From: a virus
IMG/VR virus record: IMGVR_UViG_3300048918_000375
Location: 1 to 33,841 of that record
Length of the DNA: 33,841 nt
Reading direction: 5' to 3' (one strand)
Part shown: piece by piece, positions 5,925 to 13,125 of the stretch
How the letters are laid out: each line of letters begins with the position of its first letter
How positions within the stretch are numbered: position 1 is the first letter of the stretch
Made by a program: the position numbers and the translations under genes
Notes under the pieces: generated by a model
Database searches by the model: none
Told to the model about the DNA's origin: nothing
What the model saw: the letters and a program-made list of their open reading frames with translations, nothing else

Positions 5925-6532
5925 GTACCTTGTTCGAGGACCATCGCCCATGCGAGCGGCAGTGCCTGCCGGAATCGGAAGGAGGATGTGGGAGATATAA
6001 ACATCACTCGCGCTTCCGCCATTGGAAAGACTGTAGAAACAGTACCGTTTCTACGCCACTGATCCGCTTCTCCCTCATCTGCCGAGACTGCGAGCAACGG
6101 AAACGCAACGAAAGGAAGAATGCAGATCGGCCGCTCGCGATTATCAAAGATCGCGCATCGGCAGCCGCCACCAAGGCAGGCGTGAGCTTTGAGTTCTTCT
6201 GGATCGAGATGAATTACCGGAGCCTCGTGGCACCCATGCGGGCAATGATGACCCCTGAGGCGCTGTGTCAGGGGTGCGGCCACAAGTTTGTGAATGAACG
6301 TGATATTCAGATCGAGCACTGCGAGCCGCCAAGGCATCCGCAGGATTGGACATTATTACACACCCGCAATCTCCGATTCCTGTGCGGATCATGCAACAAC
6401 ACCAAAAAGCGGAAGCCATTTATGCAGTGGCTTGAAGAACAAGAACTCTGTCGCCTGAGCCATAAAACAAGCGCAGTGGTTAAGCGGGTATGGGTGCAAA
6501 CAAAACTATTGTTTGGGATTGACGCCGAATGA
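5921..6532 (+). CDS. HNH-like (His-Me finger) nuclease-domain protein, Cys-rich, in a lower-GC segment
   Basis: Motifs CRDCEQRK, CQGCGHKF, IQIEHCEPP and NLRFLCGSCNNTKKRK. ATGA overlap with the upstream gene. ATG 5921 taken within track ORF 5597-6532. Confidence 0.55.
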   Translation: MSTLFEDHRPCERQCLPESEGGCGRYKHHSRFRHWKDCRNSTVSTPLIRFSLICRDCEQRKRNERKNADRPLAIIKDRASAAATKAGVSFEFFWIEMNYRSLVAPMRAMMTPEALCQGCGHKFVNERDIQIEHCEPPRHPQDWTLLHTRNLRFLCGSCNNTKKRKPFMQWLEEQELCRLSHKTSAVVKRVWVQTKLLFGIDAE

Positions 6533-6759
6533 GCCAACCCCGCCGCTACCCGCCGGAAGCCCTCGCGCTGTTCGCCGCATACCGCGTCCGACGCGAGCCC
6601 TATCGCCCGCCGCAATGCGACAGCGGCGAGCGCTGCTGGGTGCGCGACGGCCCGCCGAGCATTACCGCCGTCAGCCTCGGCAACCGCTGCACTGGCTGCG
6701 GTGCCTCACCGCTGGCATTCGGCCGCCGCCACAGGAGGGATGCTGATGGCCGGCTATGA
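6529..6759 (+). CDS. Hypothetical protein (76 aa, Cys-containing)
   Basis: ATGA coupling to the upstream gene and high GC3. Confidence 0.5.
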   Translation: MSQPRRYPPEALALFAAYRVRREPYRPPQCDSGERCWVRDGPPSITAVSLGNRCTGCGASPLAFGRRHRRDADGRL

Positions 6760-7015
6760 CGACTGGAAGGCCCGCGAACCGGACCCGTGGGAGTTCGAAG
6801 ACGAACCCGAGGAAACGCCAATGGACCGCTATGACGCCTGGAAGCCATACCTGCGCCAGATCCAGCACGCCGCCGGGCTCGACCCAGACGGCCCGCGGCT
6901 GGTGCCGATGCAGCCGCGGCTATCGCGGGAAGAACCCCGGCGAGCGGTGCGACGTGCCGGCGAGGTCGCCGACCGCGATGCGCGACTGCGGCAGGCGCTG
7001 AGGTTTGTGTGGTGA
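6746..7015 (+). CDS. Hypothetical acidic protein (89 aa)
   Basis: AGGAGG lies 7 nt before ATG 6746. Translation begins MAGYDDWKAREPDPWEFEDEPEE. Confidence 0.5.
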   Translation: MAGYDDWKAREPDPWEFEDEPEETPMDRYDAWKPYLRQIQHAAGLDPDGPRLVPMQPRLSREEPRRAVRRAGEVADRDARLRQALRFVW

Positions 7016-7017
7016 GC

Positions 7018-7281
7018 TTATCGAGGCCCGTGACCGTCCATGATGCGCGTTGCCGATGGATCTTTGGTGATTGTCTCGGTGCGGCATTTGCTCTGGTAAA
7101 GATTGGAGGCGCAGCGCGTCGTCGTAATCGAGCGGGCGCTTTCGTATTCGTACCGACACTGCATGCCGTAGTTGCTGGGATAGCAGCGGCGTTCATAGGA
7201 CGTGTTGCTCCCAGCCGAGGCGTCTGCGCCGAAGCCGGCGAGACAGGCGAGAAGGGCCAATGATAAAATCCGGGAAGCCAT
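7018..7281 (-). CDS. Small secreted or lipid-anchored Cys-rich protein (moron, antisense to its neighbours)
   Basis: MASRILSLALLACLAGFGADASAG looks like a signal peptide. The mature part has 4 Cys. GAGG lies 8 nt upstream of ATG 7281. Lower GC. Confidence 0.6.
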   Translation of the reverse strand: MASRILSLALLACLAGFGADASAGSNTSYERRCYPSNYGMQCRYEYESARSITTTRCASNLYQSKCRTETITKDPSATRIMDGHGPR

Positions 7282-7417
7282 TGATCGAACCTCACACGTT
7301 CGGTTGTGGTCAGGCGTCGGGCGGGTTGCTGCCCGCCTGGCGCCGCCTCCCACTTAGGGCGACCCTAGTGCGTGGTCTTGTCATATCCGGCCAAAAACTT
7401 GATAGCGGCGACACGCG

Positions 7418-7915
7418 ATGATGGCTTCCGTCGACGGTCCCCTCCCCGAGCGGCTGCAGCACGACCGCGTGACGCGCGACAAGCAGCAGTTCGCCGACGC
7501 CGAGGGCAATATCGGTTTACCGTGGCGCGTCGAGAGCCTGCTTGAACGCCTCGAACGACACGGCGACATCGGGCATCGGGAGAGGCTGGCCGGCGAAGAG
7601 TTTCAGCGGCTGTTTCGGCTAGCCCATCTCGACCCGTTGCGGGCTGGGAATATGATGGAATCGGTGCATCACCCAGGGGCGCGACCTGGCATCAACGCCG
7701 CGTTTGCCCAGCGCCAGGTCAACCTATCGCTCGATGCCGTAGGTGGGCTCGATAGCCCGTGCGGGGCCTGCGCTTGGTTCGTCCTTGGCGTCGAGTTATC
7801 CATGCGGGACTGGGCTATGCGCAAGGGTTGGGCCGGGAAGCCCATCCGGCAGGAGGTCGCAAAAGGCGTGTTGCTCGGTACTCTCGGGTCGCTCGCAAAG
7901 CACTTCGGGATGTGA
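7418..7915 (+). CDS. Conserved phage/plasmid-type protein with C-terminal HTH-like segment; possible DNA-recognition (small-terminase-like) role by position
   Basis: The pattern LAGEEFQRLF..AHLDPLR ... LDAVGGLDSPCGACAWFVLGVELSMRDWAMRKGW..KPIRQEVAKGVLLGTLGSLAKHFG resembles a family I recall as DUF6456 (unverified). It sits upstream of HNH and TerL. Confidence 0.35.
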   Translation: MMASVDGPLPERLQHDRVTRDKQQFADAEGNIGLPWRVESLLERLERHGDIGHRERLAGEEFQRLFRLAHLDPLRAGNMMESVHHPGARPGINAAFAQRQVNLSLDAVGGLDSPCGACAWFVLGVELSMRDWAMRKGWAGKPIRQEVAKGVLLGTLGSLAKHFGM

Positions 7916-7921
7916 AACCGC

Positions 7922-7950
7922 TTGACAAGCGTGTCCGAAACAATGTTCTA
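7922..7950 (+). promoter_or_regulatory. Consensus -35 TTGACA with a weak -10 (GTTCTA/TTCTAC) upstream of the HNH/terminase genes
   Basis: Read directly. Only the -35 box is strong. Confidence 0.2.
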
Positions 7951-8002
7951 CCGTTGCTTAGGCTACAGACTTGCGTCTGCGGCCCGGCACAACCCCCAAC
8001 AT

Positions 8003-8341
8003 ATGGCTAAGCCTCGCCGAGCCAGCGGCTTTTACGACAGTCCGCAGTGGATCGCTGTTCGTCGCCTTGCCTTGATACGTGATGGCTACCGTTGCACCGT
8101 GTGCGGCTGTAACGTGCGGGGCAAAGGCAATGCCAGGGTCGACCATATCCACAGCATCCACGACCGTCCCGACCTCGGGTTGGTGCTGAACAACCTGCGG
8201 ACGCTGTGTCCCGAGCACGACAACCAAGCGCATCGAGAGAAGGGCCACGGCAAGGCACGCGATGCGCAGTTTGTCATTCGAGGTGCGGATCGTACTGGCA
8301 TGCCGCTTGATCCAACCCACCCTTGGCTCAACGGCAGATAG
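8003..8341 (+). CDS. HNH endonuclease (packaging-associated type)
   Basis: CTVCGCNVRGKGNARVDHIHSIHDRPDLGLVLNNLRTLCPEHDNQAH is a classic HNH motif. It lies immediately upstream of terL, as in HK97-like cos phages. Confidence 0.85.
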   Translation: MAKPRRASGFYDSPQWIAVRRLALIRDGYRCTVCGCNVRGKGNARVDHIHSIHDRPDLGLVLNNLRTLCPEHDNQAHREKGHGKARDAQFVIRGADRTGMPLDPTHPWLNGR

Positions 8342-8407
8342 GGGGGGAGGGGCAAAAACCCGCCGAGCGCCGCGGTATGAGCGGCCCCAGGTCGCGGCTT
8401 CAATTTT

Positions 8408-8419
8408 TTCACTAGTGAA
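8408..8419. promoter_or_regulatory. Perfect 12-bp palindrome TTCACTAGTGAA in the AT-rich gap before terL (candidate packaging recognition element)
   Basis: Read directly. It is preceded by the G-run GGGGGGGAGGGG (8341-8352). Confidence 0.25.
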
Positions 8420-8437
8420 GAGCGAAGTGTAACACAC

Positions 8438-10072
8438 ATGGGAATGCGCGGTCGTGGCGCACGGCTAGGATTGGGCGCGATCGTTGAACGCAAATTGCCG
8501 TGGGAGCGGAAGGGGCTGCGGCGCGAGCAGCGCGTCATCAAATTTCTGGAATGGCTGCCGATCACCAAGGGTCCGCTCGCCGGGCAAACCATGCGTCTCC
8601 TGCCGGAACAGCGCCTCTTCGTCGAAGAGATCTACGGCAACCTCGACCGGAACGGGCTTAGACGGCGCCGCATCGGGATTAAGTCCGAACCCAAGGGCAA
8701 CGGCAAAACAGGGCTGATCGCCGGCCTCTGCATGTGCCACCTGGTCGGGCCGGAAGCGGAACCGCGCGGCGAAATCTATTCGGCGGCGATCGACCGGCAG
8801 ATGGCGGCGCTGATCTTCGCGGAGATGGAAGCAATGATTTTTGCAGTACCTGAGTTTTCCCAGGTCTGCAATGTGGTGCGGTTCCACAAGCGCATCGAGG
8901 TGATCGGCGATGTCCTGGCTGCGGGGTCAACTTACGAGGCGCTGTCGGCCGATGCTCGCCGGGCGCACGGTTTGGCGCCGAGTTTATTCTGCTATGACGA
9001 GCTAGCCCAGGCGAAGGACCGGGTGCTGCTCGACAATCTGGTTAATGGCTTGGGCAAGCGAAGGGAGGCATTGGGCCTCGTCATCTCGACCCAGGCACCG
9101 GACGACGGGCACCCGCTGTCGCAACTTATCGACGAGGGATTGCGGCACGAGGATGGCCCGCTCTACGTGCAATTGTTGGCGGCGCCCGAAGATGCCGACC
9201 CGTTTGCCGAGCGTACGTGGCGGGCGTGCAACCCGGCATTGGGCAAGTTCCTGTCATTGAGCGAGATGCGCGACGCGGCTAAGCGAGCGCAAGAGATCCC
9301 GGCCTTCGAGTCGAGCTTTCGCAACCTGCGGCTCAACCAGCGGATCGATTCCCGTGAAGAGGACCGGCTGGTTTCGCATGCGGTCTGGAAGACCGGAGAG
9401 GTGCCGATCGACCGCGAGCGGCTGCGGGGGCGGCCGTGCTACGCCGGCCTGGATCTGTCGGGCAAACACGACCTGACCGCGCTGGTGCTGGCATTTCCCG
9501 ACGACGATCCCGAACCCAGCTACGACCTCCTGCCGTTCTTTTGGACGCCGGAAGGGCAATTGGCGGGGCGAAAGCCGGCCGAACGCGAGCGCTTCCGGGA
9601 ATGGATCGGGCAGGGCTTTATGACCGCCGTGCCGGGCGCGACGGTACGATTCGGCTATGTCGCGCAGCAACTGGTGGAGTTGAGCCGCGAGTTCGAAATT
9701 CAGGTGCTCGGCTACGACCGTTGGCGGATCGATGACTTCAAAGCGGATCTCGACGATGTCGACGCCAATTTCCCGGCGCCGCTGGAACCCTTCGGGCAGG
9801 GCTTCAAGGACATGGGCCCGGCGGTCGAATGGTTTGCCGAACTGGCGCTGACCGGGCGGCTGCGGCACGCCGGACATCCGGTGCTGATGTCGTCGGTGGC
9901 GTCCGCGATCGTAATCACCGACCCAGCCGGCAACCACAAGGTCGACAAGGAGCGCGGCAACAAGCGTGGCATCGTGCGGGTTGATGGCGCGGTGGCGATG
10001 CTGATCGCGCTGGAGCTGGCGAAGCGGGCGCGAGCCATCGTGCCCATCAACATCGAGACGCTGATCGCATGA
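8438..10072 (+). CDS. terL: Terminase large subunit
   Basis: 544 aa. Walker-A-like KSEPKGNGKTGL, then the typical downstream DEL and nuclease regions. Position is after HNH. Confidence 0.9.
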   Translation: MGMRGRGARLGLGAIVERKLPWERKGLRREQRVIKFLEWLPITKGPLAGQTMRLLPEQRLFVEEIYGNLDRNGLRRRRIGIKSEPKGNGKTGLIAGLCMCHLVGPEAEPRGEIYSAAIDRQMAALIFAEMEAMIFAVPEFSQVCNVVRFHKRIEVIGDVLAAGSTYEALSADARRAHGLAPSLFCYDELAQAKDRVLLDNLVNGLGKRREALGLVISTQAPDDGHPLSQLIDEGLRHEDGPLYVQLLAAPEDADPFAERTWRACNPALGKFLSLSEMRDAAKRAQEIPAFESSFRNLRLNQRIDSREEDRLVSHAVWKTGEVPIDRERLRGRPCYAGLDLSGKHDLTALVLAFPDDDPEPSYDLLPFFWTPEGQLAGRKPAERERFREWIGQGFMTAVPGATVRFGYVAQQLVELSREFEIQVLGYDRWRIDDFKADLDDVDANFPAPLEPFGQGFKDMGPAVEWFAELALTGRLRHAGHPVLMSSVASAIVITDPAGNHKVDKERGNKRGIVRVDGAVAMLIALELAKRARAIVPINIETLIA

Positions 10073-10467
10073 ACAAACTTATTGCGCTGGTCATATTGCT
10101 GCTGTTGCTGCCGTCCGCCGCCTTCGCGCAAAAGGTGTGCGACCAGACGCGCACGGCACAAACCAATGGGCCGACAGTGCGCACCGAGCGGGTGGCCGCG
10201 GTGGCGGGCAAGCGGGTTTACATCTGCGGGTACATGATCATGCGCGGACTCGGCGGGCAGGATCTGGAGTTCGAGCTTACCAGCGGCACCGGGCGGGATT
10301 GCCAGACAAACACGCAGATCGTCATCCCGCGGATGCTGATCCCGCCGCAGGGTATTGTGAACCGCATCCCCTATGCCGGCGAGAAGACCGGGACGGCCGA
10401 GGCGATGTGCCTTCAGACGTGGGGCACCGGCCCGGTGACGAGCGTGTTTTACTGGGCGCAATACTGA
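10069..10467 (+). CDS. Secreted protein of unknown function (132 aa) in the slot normally held by portal
   Basis: MNKLIALVILLLLLPSAAFA-QKV looks like a signal peptide. 4 Cys. ATGA coupling to the terL stop. Confidence 0.6.
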   Translation: MNKLIALVILLLLLPSAAFAQKVCDQTRTAQTNGPTVRTERVAAVAGKRVYICGYMIMRGLGGQDLEFELTSGTGRDCQTNTQIVIPRMLIPPQGIVNRIPYAGEKTGTAEAMCLQTWGTGPVTSVFYWAQY

Positions 10468-10514
10468 CGCGCTGACGCGGCGCGAAGGCGCCATCACCAC
10501 TTCGGTTCAGCTTT

Positions 10515-12476
10515 ATGAAAAAACTCCGACAGAAACAGTCGGCGGCGCCGCCGCCCGGTGCCGATCCGCTCGAGTTCGTCATGAGCGACGGCTCGGTGGA
10601 TCGCATGGGCGACGTTCTGGAACCGGGCGGGTGGCAGCTCGACGCCTTCCACAAAAACCCGATCGCGTTGTTTTCGCACGACCCGCGCTTGCCTATCGGC
10701 AAGTGGCACGATGTTGCGGTGCGCAAGGGGCAGTTGACCGGGCGCCTCGAGCTGATGCCGGCGGAAACCGATCTGCAACGGCAGATCCAGACCGCGGTGA
10801 ACGCGGGCGTGCTGCGCGCCGTCAGCGTGGGATTTCACTCCGACAATTTCGAGCCGCTGAAGACGGGCGGCATCCGGTTCCTCGAACAAGAGCTCGTCGA
10901 GTGCAGCCTTGTGTCGGTGCCGGCGAATGCAAATGCCTTAGCGATTGCCAAATCGCTCGGGATCTCCCCGCAAGGGCAAAGCCTGATCTTCGGCGTGCAT
11001 GCCAATAAGGATCGCGCAGTGCCGAGCGGGTTTCATGGCGTGCATGCCAAGCGAGGTGACCTATCCCGAAAGTTTAGAGACATGAACATCAGCGAACGAA
11101 TTGAAAGCGCGCAGCAGGAGCTCGTGGCGCTACGCGACCAGATCGGCGGTGTCGATCCCGACAACGACCTTAGCCGCCTCACCGACCTCACCGCGAAAAT
11201 CGAGGAGGTGCAGCAGAAGATGGCGACCTGGGAGCGGGTCGAGAAAGCGCTCGGCAGCGAGAGCCTGCCGATCACCGTGCCAGCCTCGCGCACCACGATC
11301 CTGCCTCCTGGCAGCAACGTGCCGGTGATGATGGACCGGCCGAAGGCGTGGGCAATCCCGAAGAAAGAGGAGAAGCCCGGCTATCTGTTCATCCGGCACT
11401 GCGTCGGCGTGACCTTGGCGCACGTCACAAATAAGCCGCTCGACCAGGTGATGGCGGAGCGCTACGGCAGCTATGGCGACTGGGAGCAGATCAAGGGCAC
11501 GCATGAGTGGTACATGCGCGCCGCCACCGCGCCGGCGACGACGACGACAACCGGGTGGGCGGCAGAGCTAGCCCAGACGCAATACGGGGACTACGTCGAA
11601 AGCCTGATGCCCGGCGGCATTTACGGCCCGCTGTCGGCAATGGGCTTCCGTCAGACGCTCGGCCGGTTCGCTCAGATCACGATGCCGACGCGGGCCGCAA
11701 CACCGACTGTGGCGGGTTCGTTCGTCGCCGAGGGCGCGCCGATCCCGGTGCGGCAGGCCGCGTTTGTGCCGATCACCCTCGTCCTCAAAAAGATGTCGGT
11801 CATTGTCAGCTACACGAGGGAGATCGCCGAGCACGCGAACCCGGAGATCGAGGGCATCCTGCGCAAGCTTATCCAGGACGACACGCAGGTCGCCGTAGAC
11901 ACGGTGCTGATCGACGCCACGTCCTTCACCTCTATCCGGCCTTCGGGCTTGCGGGCGGGCGTCAGCGCCACGACGGCAACCGCAGGCGGCGGGATTGCGG
12001 CGCTTGTCGGTGACGTCAAGGCTTTAACTGCGGTGCTTGCCGGTGCGAACAGCTTGCGTAGCCCGGTATGGATCATGAACCCGGTGCAGAAAAACTCGAT
12101 CGGGTTGACACAGGGCGCCGCTGGTGCGGTCGCGTTTCCGTTCCAGGGCGAGATGAACTCGAACCGGCTGGTGGGCTATCCGGTGATCGTGTCGAGCACC
12201 GTTCCGGTGGGGATGGTGATCCTGCTCGACGCCGCCGACTTCATGTCGGTGACGGGCGACGATCCGAGGTTTGACGTCTCTAACCAAACGACGTTGCACT
12301 TTGAGGATACGACCCCGCTGCAAATCACCACGGGTGCGCAGGGCTCCGCGGTGGCAGCGACCCCGGTGCGCTCGATGTTCCAGACCGACAGCTTGGCGCT
12401 CCGCATGATCCTGCCGATGAACTGGGCCATGCTGCGCACCGGCGTCATCGCTTGGACGCAATCTGTCACTTGGTAA
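10515..12476 (+). CDS. Fused HK97-family prohead protease, coiled-coil scaffold (delta-like) segment and major capsid protein
   Basis: N-terminal FVMSDGSVDRMGDVLEPGGW..FHKNPIALFSHD..PIGKW..ECSLVSVPANANA is a prohead protease pattern. The middle has a coiled coil (ERIESAQQELVALRDQI). The C-terminal ~330 aa resemble an HK97-type capsid (GWAAELAQTQYGDYVE..., KKMSVIVSYTREI). It is one uninterrupted 653-codon ORF. Confidence 0.8.
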   Translation: MKKLRQKQSAAPPPGADPLEFVMSDGSVDRMGDVLEPGGWQLDAFHKNPIALFSHDPRLPIGKWHDVAVRKGQLTGRLELMPAETDLQRQIQTAVNAGVLRAVSVGFHSDNFEPLKTGGIRFLEQELVECSLVSVPANANALAIAKSLGISPQGQSLIFGVHANKDRAVPSGFHGVHAKRGDLSRKFRDMNISERIESAQQELVALRDQIGGVDPDNDLSRLTDLTAKIEEVQQKMATWERVEKALGSESLPITVPASRTTILPPGSNVPVMMDRPKAWAIPKKEEKPGYLFIRHCVGVTLAHVTNKPLDQVMAERYGSYGDWEQIKGTHEWYMRAATAPATTTTTGWAAELAQTQYGDYVESLMPGGIYGPLSAMGFRQTLGRFAQITMPTRAATPTVAGSFVAEGAPIPVRQAAFVPITLVLKKMSVIVSYTREIAEHANPEIEGILRKLIQDDTQVAVDTVLIDATSFTSIRPSGLRAGVSATTATAGGGIAALVGDVKALTAVLAGANSLRSPVWIMNPVQKNSIGLTQGAAGAVAFPFQGEMNSNRLVGYPVIVSSTVPVGMVILLDAADFMSVTGDDPRFDVSNQTTLHFEDTTPLQITTGAQGSAVAATPVRSMFQTDSLALRMILPMNWAMLRTGVIAWTQSVTW

Positions 12477-12504
12477 AACCCCGCAGGCGTTATGGATGGT
12501 GGAA

Positions 12505-12530
12505 GCCGGGCAAAGAGTTTCTTGCCCGGC
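12505..12530 (+). terminator. Perfect 9-bp-stem hairpin (GCCGGGCAA-N8-TTGCCCGGC) just after the capsid gene; attenuator or RNA stability element
   Basis: Read directly. There is no U-tract (it is followed by TCACCAC). Confidence 0.4.
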
Positions 12531-12551
12531 TCACCACAAAGGAGCAACCCG

Positions 12552-13124
12552 ATGGCAGTCACGGAAGAACAGTACCGCGCCGACCAGGAGGCGCGGGCGG
12601 CGCTGACGAAAAAGACCCTGGAAGTGACCGAGCAAAACCAGCCGACGCCGACGCAGGAGGAAAACGACCTGTTGCGGCTGGGGTTGATGCACCCGGACGA
12701 CAAGGCGAGCCCGCAGAACCCGGAGATGCCGCCAGTAGCCGTGCAACAGGCGGCGCTACGACACGCGCAGCAAACCGCGGCGGTGCCAGATAGGCCGACG
12801 CCGGCACCGGGCGCGCCGAGCAATGTCGATGTCCCAAACCTCAGCGGCAACGGGGCTGTCGGCGAGACGCTCACTTGCACGATGGGCAACTGGCACGGCG
12901 AGCCGACCGGGTACGCCTACGACTGGAAAAGCGACGGCACCGCCATCAGCGGCGCGAGCGGCAATACCTACGTCGTCGCGGCGGGCGATGCCGGCAAGTC
13001 GATCACCTGCGTGGTGACGGCAACCAATGCCGCCGGCAGCACCGAGGCGCCGCCGTCGAATGCGGTGCAGGTTGCCGGCAATGGCGGCGCCTCCCGCATG
13101 ACCGGCGGCGGCCGGGCGAGGTAA
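12552..13124 (+). CDS. Head decoration-type protein with C-terminal Ig-like domain
   Basis: GETLTCTMGNWHGEPTGYAYDWKSDGTAISGASGNTYVVAAGDAGKSITCVVTATNAAGSTEA is the common bacterial/phage Ig-like repeat signature. AAGGAG SD lies before ATG 12552. Confidence 0.55.
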   Translation: MAVTEEQYRADQEARAALTKKTLEVTEQNQPTPTQEENDLLRLGLMHPDDKASPQNPEMPPVAVQQAALRHAQQTAAVPDRPTPAPGAPSNVDVPNLSGNGAVGETLTCTMGNWHGEPTGYAYDWKSDGTAISGASGNTYVVAAGDAGKSITCVVTATNAAGSTEAPPSNAVQVAGNGGASRMTGGGRAR

Positions 13125-13125
13125 T

